A stretch of 64,000 nt of DNA, taken from Candidatus Binatota bacterium (GTDB taxonomy: Bacteria > Desulfobacterota > Binatia > UBA1149 > CAITLU01). The stretch covers positions 1,161 to 65,160 of the forward strand of contig JAJRWY010000312.1 of assembly GCA_024276575.1 (NCBI GenBank). Reading direction: 5' to 3'. Under the pieces are notes generated by a model. It ran no database searches. It had not been told where the DNA came from and saw only the letters and a program-made list of their open reading frames with translations. A program made the position numbers and the translations under genes. Of the stretch, positions 1-8,886 are shown one piece after another (position 1 is the first letter of the stretch; each line of letters opens with the position of its first letter).

Positions 1-4
1 GCGC

Positions 5-1909
5 GTGATGACGATGTTCGACCAATCTGCAGACGGCGAGATCTACTCGTTCTTTCTGGAGCCGGGGTTGATCGCCGGTGTGCACGGGGAGGCCCGCGAA
101 GAGCGCCGGGAGATGACGCTCGATGAGATCCCTACCGCCTTGGTTCGCGCTGTAGTGGCGGTAGAAGACCGGCGTTTCTTCGATCATGCAGGTGTTGATT
201 TGCGCGGGCTTGGACGCGCGCTACTGGTCAATATCAGCAGCGGCAGTGTGCAGCAGGGCGGTTCGACCTTGACGCAGCAACTGATGAAGAATTTTTTTCT
301 CAGTTCCGAACGCAGCATCAGCCGTAAGCTTCGAGAGGCGGCGATGGCGATGGTGGCCGAGCGGCGTTACTCGAAGTACGAGATTCTCGAAAACTACTTG
401 AACGAGATCTACCTGGGGCAGGATGGCGCCTCGGCCATTCACGGGGTGTGGGAGGCTGCGAAGTTTTATTTCGGGCGCGAACCCGCCGACCTCAGTGTCG
501 CGCAGATGGCGACGATTGCCGGTTTGATTCGCGCGCCCAACTACTACTCTCCCCACCGCCACCCCGACCGCGCCGAGCAGCGTCGCAACGTGGTTCTGGA
601 TCTGATGCACAGGCAGGGAGATATAGACGACGCTACTTATGCGGCGGCACTGGCCGAGAAGATGGATGCCGTAGATCCACCGAAACCCGCTATCGAAGCG
701 CCTTATTTCGTCGATTTCGTGCGCGATGAACTGCTTGATCGCTACCCGCGTGAGGTTCTGACCAGCGAAGGCTATCGGATCTTCACTTCACTCGACGCCG
801 AGTTGCAGACTATTGCTGAGCGTGTAGTTCGCGATAATTTGGAGGAAATAGAACAGGACATAGGCGAAGCCATCGAGCGGGCGGGCGGGCAAGCGCTGCA
901 GGCTGCGCTCATCGCGATCAATCCACGTACCGGAGCGATCCGGGCCATGGTCGGTGGGCGTGACTACGGCGAAAGCCAGTTCAACCGGGCCACCGAGAGC
1001 CGGCGCCAGCCGGGGTCGACCTTCAAGCCCATTGTCATGCTGGCGGCGCTCGGCAGTGAGCATGTCGGCGCCGTGCACATGCTTCCGACCACCAAAGTCC
1101 TGGATGCTAAATTCGAGTGGAAGTACGAAGGCCAGGTGTGGTCGCCCTCGAACTACGAGAACAAGTTTTATGGAGAGGTAACGGTGCGCGAGGTAATCGA
1201 GCACTCTCTCAATTCCGCGACGGCTCGTATTGCCCATAGTGTCGGAATAGTTCCGATCCGTGACCTTGCCGTAAGACTGGGAATGGATCCGCAGATGCAA
1301 GCCTTTCCGGCGATCGTGCTCGGTGGCTGGGAAGTACCTCCTTTCGAGTTGGCCAAAGTGTTTGGTGTGTTTGCCAATGGTGGCATGGCGGCGACGCCGA
1401 TTTCGGTGAAAAAAGTGATCGACCGCAAAGGGGGCCTAGTGGAAGGCCACCGTCTTGAAATGAAGCGTGTGATTCCTGCTGCGGATGCTTATCTGGTCAC
1501 CCATCTGCTTGAAGGAGTAATGGAGCGTGGCACCGGTGCCGGTGCACGGCGAAAGGGCTTCCGGCATCCAGCGGCGGGAAAGACCGGGACCTCCAACGAT
1601 TACAAGGACGCTTGGTTTGCCGGCTACACGCCGGATCTGTTGGCGGTGGTGTGGGTTGGTTTCGACCGCAAGGCGGGAATGGGGCTGGCAGGCTCGGAGG
1701 CCGCACTTCCGATATGGACTGACTTCATGCGCCAAGCTTTGGCGGATGCGCCGCACCGTACATTCGATGTTCCCGAAGGGGTCGTGTTGGTTGATATCGA
1801 CGAGGAGACCGGCGGCCGGGCGGTGCGTGACTGCCACAAGGTAATACGCGAGTCTTTCCTTGCCGGAGAGGAACCGCGGGAGTTGTGCCCGGAACATGCT
1901 TTGTTCTGA
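5..1909 (+). CDS. mrcA: Class A penicillin-binding protein (PBP1A-type bifunctional transglycosylase/transpeptidase); 5' end probably truncated by window start
   Basis: GT51 motifs EDRRFFDHAGVD and QGGSTLTQQL. Transpeptidase motifs STFK, SLN and KTGT. No N-terminal membrane anchor before the GT domain, so the gene likely begins upstream of the window. Confidence 0.85.
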   Translation: MMTMFDQSADGEIYSFFLEPGLIAGVHGEAREERREMTLDEIPTALVRAVVAVEDRRFFDHAGVDLRGLGRALLVNISSGSVQQGGSTLTQQLMKNFFLSSERSISRKLREAAMAMVAERRYSKYEILENYLNEIYLGQDGASAIHGVWEAAKFYFGREPADLSVAQMATIAGLIRAPNYYSPHRHPDRAEQRRNVVLDLMHRQGDIDDATYAAALAEKMDAVDPPKPAIEAPYFVDFVRDELLDRYPREVLTSEGYRIFTSLDAELQTIAERVVRDNLEEIEQDIGEAIERAGGQALQAALIAINPRTGAIRAMVGGRDYGESQFNRATESRRQPGSTFKPIVMLAALGSEHVGAVHMLPTTKVLDAKFEWKYEGQVWSPSNYENKFYGEVTVREVIEHSLNSATARIAHSVGIVPIRDLAVRLGMDPQMQAFPAIVLGGWEVPPFELAKVFGVFANGGMAATPISVKKVIDRKGGLVEGHRLEMKRVIPAADAYLVTHLLEGVMERGTGAGARRKGFRHPAAGKTGTSNDYKDAWFAGYTPDLLAVVWVGFDRKAGMGLAGSEAALPIWTDFMRQALADAPHRTFDVPEGVVLVDIDEETGGRAVRDCHKVIRESFLAGEEPRELCPEHALF

Positions 1910-1988
1910 GCCGGTGTGTGCGGGGGCGGCGGACGAGCGCGATTTGATGGTGCTGCCCATTGCCTGGATTTGGTTGCCGGAGGTTTAG

Positions 1989-2711
1989 TTGTTTCGAGTT
2001 TGTGACGATCGAGTGGTTCCGGCAGCGTCGCCTTCAGTACTGGCGCTTTCTTGCGCATCCTTCCGCAGGTTTCTCCGGGTTTCGGTGCATGGCCACTCGG
2101 TAGGGCCGGGGCCGGCCGCGTATCTCGCCTGTGGACTCGGTCCCGGCCTGTGCCTGGGCCTGTGCCTGATTTTCGGCATACTCTCGTGTACACCGCGCCG
2201 CTTGCCTGCACCTGCGCCGGTAGCGTTTCCGGAGCCGGTGTCTTCACCGGAGACCGCAGAAGTCGAGGCACCCGTGGAGCCGGTTTCCATCGAAGCCCTG
2301 CGGCCTGAGCCGGAGCATGTGGAAAACTGGGAAGCTTTTAGCAATTCCGTACGGATGTTGCGTGGGGAAATCCAACGCGGGGGCTACGCGCTGAAGATTC
2401 GCGGTGCCGATGAGGCACCGGTGGGGTTGGCAAGTCTGCGTCTTTGTCTCGATGCTTGGGACTTGATTCAAACGGCGGATAACGAGCGCGCCGTCGACTT
2501 GCTGGAGCGAGCCATCAGCCTGGACGGGCGCAACGGTTTCGCCTACCTTTTCCTGGCCTATGCTTATCACCGAAGCGCCCGTTTCGAGCAGGGTAGGCTG
2601 TTTTTAGGGCAGGCTTGGCGCTACCTGCCTTACGATCCACGTGTTCTCGGTGAGTTCGAAGGGCTGAAGCAGTCGATTGAACTCAACACCGCAAGCTCGG
2701 CGGTCGATTGA
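1989..2711 (+). CDS. Hypothetical protein with a TPR-like C-terminus; start uncertain
   Basis: Longest ORF in the 1910-2756 gap. The C-terminus resembles a TPR (AYLFLAYAYHRSARFEQGRL). The N-terminal part is Pro/Gly-rich with a hydrophobic stretch, and overlapping ORFs occur on both strands in this GC-rich region. Confidence 0.3.
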   Translation: MFRVCDDRVVPAASPSVLALSCASFRRFLRVSVHGHSVGPGPAAYLACGLGPGLCLGLCLIFGILSCTPRRLPAPAPVAFPEPVSSPETAEVEAPVEPVSIEALRPEPEHVENWEAFSNSVRMLRGEIQRGGYALKIRGADEAPVGLASLRLCLDAWDLIQTADNERAVDLLERAISLDGRNGFAYLFLAYAYHRSARFEQGRLFLGQAWRYLPYDPRVLGEFEGLKQSIELNTASSAVD

Positions 2712-2756
2712 TGAAAGCGGCACGGTTACGCAGCCAAGGATATCGAGATTTATAAG

Positions 2757-3776
2757 ATGCTGTTGTTGGCGGTGGAAAGCTCCTGCGACGATACTTCTGC
2801 GGCTGTACTCGACGGACGCCGGCTGAAGTCCAATGTGGTTACGTCGCAAGACTCACTGCACGCAGATTATGGCGGTGTGGTTCCCGAGCTTGCGGCCCGC
2901 CGCCATCTCGAGAGCATCGATGCGGTGATAGCTTCGGCGCTGGATAGGGCCGGTGTCGAGTTGTGCGAGATCGAGGCGATTGCGGTCACGCGCGGGCCGG
3001 GTTTGGTCGGATCTTTGCTCGTGGGTATGGCGGCGGCCCAAGGTTTGGGTCTGCGGCTCGGCGTCCCGGTGACCGGGGTTCACCACCTGGAAGGCCATGT
3101 ACTGTCGCCTTTGATGGATTCGGAAATACAGTTGCCGCTACTGGCGATGGTGGTGTCCGGCGGGCATACGGCCGTATATTTGCTTCGTGACATAGGAGAC
3201 TATGCGGAACTTGCCTCGACTCGCGACGATTCGGCGGGGGAAGCGTTTGACAAGGGCGCCAAGATGTTGGGCCTCGGTTACCCGGGCGGCAAGATCGTTG
3301 ATGAAATGGCGGCCCGCGGCGATTCCAGAGCTTTTCGTTTTCCACGCGCCGTGGTCAAAGCCGACCCTTGGGCTTTCAGTTTTTCGGGATTGAAAACGGC
3401 TCTATGGAATCAACTCGGCGAGTTGCACGGGGCTTCCAGGCCGTCGGATTCCCTGCCCTTGGCCGATATATGTGCGTCTTTTCAAGAGGCTATTGTCGAC
3501 GTGCTCGTCGACCGCATCATGAGTTTGGCGCTACGCCTCGAGATTCCGCGCCTAGCCGTTGCCGGCGGGGTTTCCGCCAACAGTAGGTTGCGCGAGCGGA
3601 TGAAGGAGGCCTGCGACGGGGCGGGTTTCGAGTTGGCGTTTCCGAGCATGCCTTTATGTACCGACAACGCGGGGATGATCGGCTATGCGGCGCAACGGCG
3701 TTTGGAATTGGGCTTGCCCGGACAGCCGCTGGCCGCAGTCTCGCGGTTGCCGCTCGGACCCGTCCTGCGGCCGTGA
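2757..3776 (+). CDS. tsaD: tRNA N6-adenosine threonylcarbamoyltransferase TsaD (Kae1/YgjD family)
   Basis: Full-length similarity to the family: AVESSCDDTSAAV near the N-terminus, the GVHHLEGH metal-binding motif, and GGVSAN. Confidence 0.9.
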   Translation: MLLLAVESSCDDTSAAVLDGRRLKSNVVTSQDSLHADYGGVVPELAARRHLESIDAVIASALDRAGVELCEIEAIAVTRGPGLVGSLLVGMAAAQGLGLRLGVPVTGVHHLEGHVLSPLMDSEIQLPLLAMVVSGGHTAVYLLRDIGDYAELASTRDDSAGEAFDKGAKMLGLGYPGGKIVDEMAARGDSRAFRFPRAVVKADPWAFSFSGLKTALWNQLGELHGASRPSDSLPLADICASFQEAIVDVLVDRIMSLALRLEIPRLAVAGGVSANSRLRERMKEACDGAGFELAFPSMPLCTDNAGMIGYAAQRRLELGLPGQPLAAVSRLPLGPVLRP

Positions 3777-3840
3777 AGTCAGCGTTTCAACTTGGTATTC
3801 GCGGCTTCTGGGCGGCATCGTCGACCGGGGACGAGGAGCG

Positions 3841-4647
3841 GTGAGCGCACGGACGGTACGTTGGGGCCAGAACTTTCTGGCCGATCGCAGCATCGCCTGT
3901 GATATTGTCGATTGGGCCGCTATCGAGGGGAAGGCGGTAGTGGAGGTCGGGCCCGGTCGCGGTGCTCTGAGCGGCTTGCTCGCCGAGCGGGCACAACGTT
4001 TGATCATGGTCGAGATCGATCCGCGCTTGGCGCAGCGCGGGTGCGATCTTGCGGCCGGCGATCCGCGCATTTCGGTGGTAGAAGCCGACGTGTTGAAGCT
4101 CGACCCATCGCAGCTTTGTAGCGGTCCGTACACGATGGTTTCCAATCTTCCCTACGAAAGCGGCACTGCCATCGTAGATCTGTTTTTGCGCCGCAGCCGG
4201 GGGCTCGAGCGCATGGTGGTGATGCTCCAGCGCGAAGTCGCTGCGCGTCTACAGGCCCCTCCGGGTTCGCGCAGTTACGGCATCCTGTCGGTAATGACTG
4301 CGTTGCGCGCCGATGTCGAAACCGGGATGGACGTGCCGCCGGCGGCATTCAAGCCGGCGCCCAAAGTGTGGTCTCGGGTTTTGCGTATCAGCCCTATAGC
4401 CGCCCCCCGCTATCAGTTGGGAGACGAAGCCTTGTTCTCCGATTTGCTGAAGAGCGCCTTTAGGCATCGGCGCAAGATGCTTCGCAATACGCTACTACCC
4501 CGGATGGCGGCGCTGGTTGGGGAGGAGGCTGCGGTTGGCGTGCTCGAATCCGCCGGGGTCGAAGCCGAGCAACGGCCGGAGCAAGTTTCGGTATCGGCCT
4601 TTGCGTCGATCTCACGGCAAGTCCACGGCTTGCTCGAAGGGGCGTGA
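3841..4647 (+). CDS. rsmA: 16S rRNA (adenine1518/1519-N6)-dimethyltransferase RsmA/KsgA
   Basis: WGQNFL near the N-terminus, SAM-binding VVEVGPGRGALS, and NLPY. The track ORF extends upstream to 3685 and overlaps tsaD, so a GTG at 3841 (VSARTVRWGQNFL) is preferred. Confidence 0.85.
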   Translation: MSARTVRWGQNFLADRSIACDIVDWAAIEGKAVVEVGPGRGALSGLLAERAQRLIMVEIDPRLAQRGCDLAAGDPRISVVEADVLKLDPSQLCSGPYTMVSNLPYESGTAIVDLFLRRSRGLERMVVMLQREVAARLQAPPGSRSYGILSVMTALRADVETGMDVPPAAFKPAPKVWSRVLRISPIAAPRYQLGDEALFSDLLKSAFRHRRKMLRNTLLPRMAALVGEEAAVGVLESAGVEAEQRPEQVSVSAFASISRQVHGLLEGA

Positions 4648-4669
4648 GGGGAGGGTGTAGGGAGCGATA

Positions 4670-5491
4670 GTGCCCGAGCTTCCGGAAGTAGAGACTATCG
4701 CGCGTTCGTTGGCGCCGTTGCTGACCGGTCGCCGGGTGCGGAGGCTAACCCTGCGGGCGACACGCTTACGCAAGCCGCTCGATTCGTCTTTGGCCGAAGC
4801 GGTTTACGGCCGTCGTATTGAAGAGGTTGGGAGGCGTGGCAAGTACCTTCTGTTGCATCTCGACGATGGTTTTACATGGATCTGGCATATGGGAATGAGC
4901 GGTTGCTTGGTCCACCAGCGTTTGGGTGAAACTCAGGCTGCACGCAAGCACGACCATGTGATTGCCGAACTCGACGATGGAGGCCGTTTGGTGTTCAACG
5001 ACCCGCGCCGTTTCGGTTTGTCGCTGGTTGATCGCATGGCCACTTGCGGCTTGTTTTCCGCCATGGGTCCGGAACTTCTCGATGTGCAGGCCTTTAATGG
5101 GCCCTACCTAGCGTCCTGGCGCCGCCGCACCGGCCGTAACATCAAGGATGTGCTGATGGATCAACGCGTCGTCGCGGGCTTGGGCAACATTTACGCCAGC
5201 GAGATACTGTTCGTGTGTGGTTTGCGTCCCACACGCCGTCTTGCACGGATGTCGCGGGCGGCCTGCGATGCTGTGGTCGTGGCAGCCAGAGAGATCATCA
5301 GCGAGGCCATAGAGCATCGCGGCACCTCAGTATCGGATTTCCTCGACGGCATCGGCAAGCCCGGAGGCTATCAGTGGCGTCTGCGGGTCTACGGGCGGCG
5401 GGGTCAGGCCTGTCCTCGCTGCGGTAGTGCTATAAAGTCGGTGCTTATATCCCAGCGTTCCAGCTTCTACTGCCCTCGCTGCCAGAAGTAG
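4670..5491 (+). CDS. mutM: Formamidopyrimidine-DNA glycosylase (Fpg/MutM)
   Basis: N-terminal MPELPEVE with catalytic Pro2 and Glu3. H2TH domain. C-terminal zinc finger CPRCG...YCPRCQK. Confidence 0.93.
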   Translation: MPELPEVETIARSLAPLLTGRRVRRLTLRATRLRKPLDSSLAEAVYGRRIEEVGRRGKYLLLHLDDGFTWIWHMGMSGCLVHQRLGETQAARKHDHVIAELDDGGRLVFNDPRRFGLSLVDRMATCGLFSAMGPELLDVQAFNGPYLASWRRRTGRNIKDVLMDQRVVAGLGNIYASEILFVCGLRPTRRLARMSRAACDAVVVAAREIISEAIEHRGTSVSDFLDGIGKPGGYQWRLRVYGRRGQACPRCGSAIKSVLISQRSSFYCPRCQK

Positions 5492-5511
5492 CGGCAGCAA
5501 CCGGCTGCAAG

Positions 5512-6345
5512 TTAAGCCCCGCGCACGTCGAGGGCTTCCCGCAATGCGTCTCCCAGTGTGTTGAGAGCCAGCACGGTCAAGCTGATGGCGATTCCGGGAA
5601 AGACGGTCAGGTGCGGGGCAATGAGGAGAAAACTGCGGCCTTCGTTGAGCATGGAGCCCCAGGATGCTTGCGGCGCTTGCACTCCCAGGCCCAGGAAACT
5701 CAACCCAGCCTCTGCGGTTATTGCTCCCGCCAACCCGAAGCTGGCCTGAACCGTCAAAGGTCCGGCTAGCATAGGCATTATGTGGCGGCTGAGTATGCAC
5801 AACGGCGTTACGCCCAGTGATCGGGCCGCTTCGACGTGCTCGCGTTTCTTCAGCGCCAGCACTTCGCCGCGGACCAAGCGAGCGTAGCCCGTCCATCCGA
5901 TCAGACTCAAGGCTAGCACCACGTTGACCAGCGACGGGCCCAGCACTGCGCTCATTGCGATTGCCAGCAGTATCCCGGGGAAGGCCATCAGTATGTCGAT
6001 GAAACGTGAGATCCAGAAATCGACCGCAGCTCCGGCATAGGCTGATATGGCGCCGACGGAAACTCCGATAAGCAATGAAAAACTAATAGTTAGCAGTCCA
6101 ACGTAAAGGGATACACGAGCCCCGTGCAGGAGCCGGCTAAGTTGGTCCCTGCCCAGCTTGTCCTGCCCCAACGGATGCTCGATGGAGGGTGGCGCGAGGT
6201 TCTCCGCGAGTTGTTGGCGGTCGGGCGGGTAGGGCGCGAGCAGGTCCGCACCGATCGCGGCGGTGCATAGTATCGCGATTACTGCCGATCCGAAGGCAAT
6301 GCCACGCCGGCGAGCCCTGCCTTTGTTTTCAGTCGGAGTCGTCAA
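5512..6345 (-). CDS. ABC transporter permease, DppC/OppC-like (peptide/nickel family)
   Basis: Polytopic membrane protein with the EAA-like loop region typical of BPD transporter TMD subunits. Overlaps the upstream permease by 17 nt. Confidence 0.8.
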   Translation of the reverse strand: MTTPTENKGRARRRGIAFGSAVIAILCTAAIGADLLAPYPPDRQQLAENLAPPSIEHPLGQDKLGRDQLSRLLHGARVSLYVGLLTISFSLLIGVSVGAISAYAGAAVDFWISRFIDILMAFPGILLAIAMSAVLGPSLVNVVLALSLIGWTGYARLVRGEVLALKKREHVEAARSLGVTPLCILSRHIMPMLAGPLTVQASFGLAGAITAEAGLSFLGLGVQAPQASWGSMLNEGRSFLLIAPHLTVFPGIAISLTVLALNTLGDALREALDVRGA

Positions 6346-7318
6346 GGCGGATTCGCGGGTCGGCCAGCGCGTAGGCCAGGTCAGTGAGCAGGTTTATCAA
6401 TACGTAAGCCATGGCAATTAGCAACACGCAGCCCTGAACCAGGGGGTAGTCGCGTGTTTGAATGGCTTCGAGAGTGAGGCGGCCGATGCCCGGCCATGCG
6501 AAGATAGTTTCGGTGATCACGGCGCCGGCAAGTAGCGAACCGAACTGAAGGCCGAGCAGTGAGATGAGCGGCGTAAGTGCGTTCGGGAAGGCATGGACCA
6601 GGATGATACGCCGCCGGGTCAAGCCCTTGGCCGCTGCGCTACGAACGTATTCTTCCTGCAACGATTCGAGTACCGCGGCGCGGGTCATGCGGGTCAGTAT
6701 CGCCGCCATCGATGCGCCTAAGGTCAGTGCCGGCAGTATCAGGTGCTGTGGGCTACCGTTGCCGGAAACGGGCAGCCACCCCAGTTCGATCGAGAAAGCC
6801 ATTATGAGCATCGGTCCCAGCCAGAAGTTGGGAATCGCTACGCCCAGGAGGCTTATTCCAAGCGTGATTCTGTCGCTGGGCGAATGTGGCCGGGCGGCCG
6901 AAAGTAAGCCGAGCGGTAGCGCGATCAACACTGCGAATGCGCCCGCGGCCAAGCTCAATCGCAGGGTTGCGGGGAAGCGCTCGGCTAGCAGTTCACGCAC
7001 CGGACGTCCGCTGTGCACCGACTCCCCGAGATCTCCGCGTGCAAGGCCGCTGAGGAAAGTCCCGTATTGCACGAGTAGCGGGCGGTCGAGCCCGAGCTTC
7101 TCGCGCAGTTCCTGGCGATCCGCGTTGGCGGCGCTCTCGCCGAGCATGATGTCGACGGGATCGCCGGGAATGAGATGGAGCAGGAGAAACACCACGCTGG
7201 CCACGCCGATTATGGTGGGCACGAAGAATGCAAGACGTTTAGTTAGGTAACTTGACACTGTCGTTCCCGGCGTTGGCTGAGAGGGTGGCGGTGCCCGGCG
7301 TGTCACTACTCGTTCCAT
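6329..7318 (-). CDS. ABC transporter permease, DppB/OppB-like; start may instead be the GTG at 7258
   Basis: N-terminal TM followed by HLIPGDPVDIMLG, which is typical of DppB/OppB. The rest is a BPD transporter membrane domain. Confidence 0.8.
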   Translation of the reverse strand: MERVVTRRAPPPSQPTPGTTVSSYLTKRLAFFVPTIIGVASVVFLLLHLIPGDPVDIMLGESAANADRQELREKLGLDRPLLVQYGTFLSGLARGDLGESVHSGRPVRELLAERFPATLRLSLAAGAFAVLIALPLGLLSAARPHSPSDRITLGISLLGVAIPNFWLGPMLIMAFSIELGWLPVSGNGSPQHLILPALTLGASMAAILTRMTRAAVLESLQEEYVRSAAAKGLTRRRIILVHAFPNALTPLISLLGLQFGSLLAGAVITETIFAWPGIGRLTLEAIQTRDYPLVQGCVLLIAMAYVLINLLTDLAYALADPRIRLDDSD

Positions 7319-7575
7319 TGCCGGCGCCAGCGCGTGTGACTAGTGATTCCCACGCCGCCGCTTTCGTTTATGATACAGGAATTGCGCCTGGGTGTTCGGG
7401 TGTTGCCGCGCTAGGCCGGGACCGGCCATTGATCGCCGGGCTTGGCGTGCCGGACCTCGCGCCGCGTCCCTGCCGCCGAGCCGGCGGCTGCGTGGCAGAC
7501 CTGGAGACGTCGAGAGGGCGATGCGCGCGGGCCCGCGGTTCTTGAACGCGATTCGCCGGGCGCTCGAAGATAGCT

Positions 7576-8886
7576 GTGGAAGGACTCACTAAGTTTTTGT
7601 TCGAAGATCTGTGGAGCGCCGGCATGACCGGTGCTTCAAGGTTCAGCCGTTGGGCGATACAGGCTCTGCGTGTCGCGGTGTTGACGGTCGAGGGCTTTCT
7701 CGACGATCTTTGTTTGTTGAGAGCCTCCGCGCTTACTTACGCGTCATTGATGGCGCTGGTTCCGGTTTTGGCGATTTCCTTCGCGGTCCTGCGCGGGCTC
7801 GGTTGGCGGGGCGCGCGACTGGAGACGCTGATTCTCGAAAAACTCACCATTCTTTCTCCCGAAGCCATCTCCACAGTGGTCTCCTATATAGACAACACCA
7901 GTCTGACCGGTTTGGGAATATTTGGTGGGATTTTGTTGCTGGCCATCTTCCTTTCGCTGATGAGCAACATCGAGCACTCGTTTAACGCGATCTGGGGAAG
8001 CCCGCCGCCGCGAAGTTGGCTGCGCAAGGCCAGCGACTATCTTGGGCTGAGTGTCGCTGCGCCCCTTCTTCTGGCCTCGGCCACCAGTATCACCGCAGCT
8101 TTGCGGCGGGACGCGTTCGTGCAGAGCCTCGAGGCGACTTGGGGTCTCGGAGGCCTTCTCGAAGCATCGATGGCGATGGCGGCGCATGTATTGGTCTGGT
8201 TACTGTTCGCGTTCCTCTACATGTTCGTGCCTAACACAAAAGTTCGCTTGTTTCCCGCAGTGCTGGGGGCGGTGGTGGCCGGTAGTATTTGGGAACTAAC
8301 GCAGGCGGCCTACATCAATTTCCAGATCGGGGTGGCTAATTACAACGCTATCTACGGTGCGATGGCGCAGTTGCCCGTGCTGATGGCATGGGTCTATGTA
8401 AGCTGGGTTATCGTGTTGTTGGGCGCCGAACTCGTTGCCGCGGTGCAGAACCTGGGTTTCTACAGCCACGAGCGGCGCACGGCGAAGTCCGGCTACGCCT
8501 TGCGCGAGCGTCTGGGCTTGAGCATATGCGCCGAACTGGCCCGTGCCGCCCACGCTTGTTCGCCGACTCCCACGGTCGAAGATCTTGCTCATAAGCTCGA
8601 CGCGCCGGTTAAAAACATTCGCGAAATCGTCAACGATATGATTGCCGGTGGCCTGTTGCACTTCGGGGGTGAGGACGGGGAACTGTGCTTCCTTTCTCTG
8701 GCACCGAGCCGGATCCAGGTATCGAGGGTGCTGGATCTGCTTCGCGGTGCCGATCAGTTGGCGTTGCAAGCGGATGCAGGAGCCGGCACCGCCAAGGTTG
8801 CGGACTTGTGCGAGCAGCTCGACAGCCATCGCATGCAGGCTGTTTCCGGTGCCACCATTGCCGACTTAGCGTCGGAGACGAGCTGA
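7576..8886 (+). CDS. YihY/BrkB family inner-membrane protein with a C-terminal winged-helix-like extension of about 140 aa
   Basis: YihY signature region ALTYASLMALVPVLAISF and about six TM helices. The extra soluble C-terminus (PTVEDLAHKLDAPVKNIREIVNDMIAGGLL) resembles a wHTH. Confidence 0.75.
   Translation: MEGLTKFLFEDLWSAGMTGASRFSRWAIQALRVAVLTVEGFLDDLCLLRASALTYASLMALVPVLAISFAVLRGLGWRGARLETLILEKLTILSPEAISTVVSYIDNTSLTGLGIFGGILLLAIFLSLMSNIEHSFNAIWGSPPPRSWLRKASDYLGLSVAAPLLLASATSITAALRRDAFVQSLEATWGLGGLLEASMAMAAHVLVWLLFAFLYMFVPNTKVRLFPAVLGAVVAGSIWELTQAAYINFQIGVANYNAIYGAMAQLPVLMAWVYVSWVIVLLGAELVAAVQNLGFYSHERRTAKSGYALRERLGLSICAELARAAHACSPTPTVEDLAHKLDAPVKNIREIVNDMIAGGLLHFGGEDGELCFLSLAPSRIQVSRVLDLLRGADQLALQADAGAGTAKVADLCEQLDSHRMQAVSGATIADLASETS

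Noticed and set aside
2120-2180. Short imperfect tandem repeat CCTGTGCCTGG / GCCTGTGCCTGA
   Set aside because: Only two imperfect copies within a GC-rich, possibly coding segment, so chance or codon repetition is likely.
1624-2344. Long minus-strand ORFs opposite the PBP 3' end and following ORF (1624..2271, 1985..2344)
   Set aside because: Pro/Arg/Ser-rich translations, typical of antisense frames in high-GC DNA. They overlap a well-supported gene.
3685-3840. Upstream extension of the rsmA ORF overlapping tsaD
   Set aside because: KsgA homology starts at VSARTVRWGQNFL (GTG 3841), and the extension would overlap tsaD by 92 nt.
6564-7250. Plus-strand ORFs antisense to dppB-like and other long antisense ORFs (e.g. 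8630..9235, 44641..45528, 53625..53955)
   Set aside because: Low-complexity compositions, and each lies fully inside a confidently assigned gene on the other strand.
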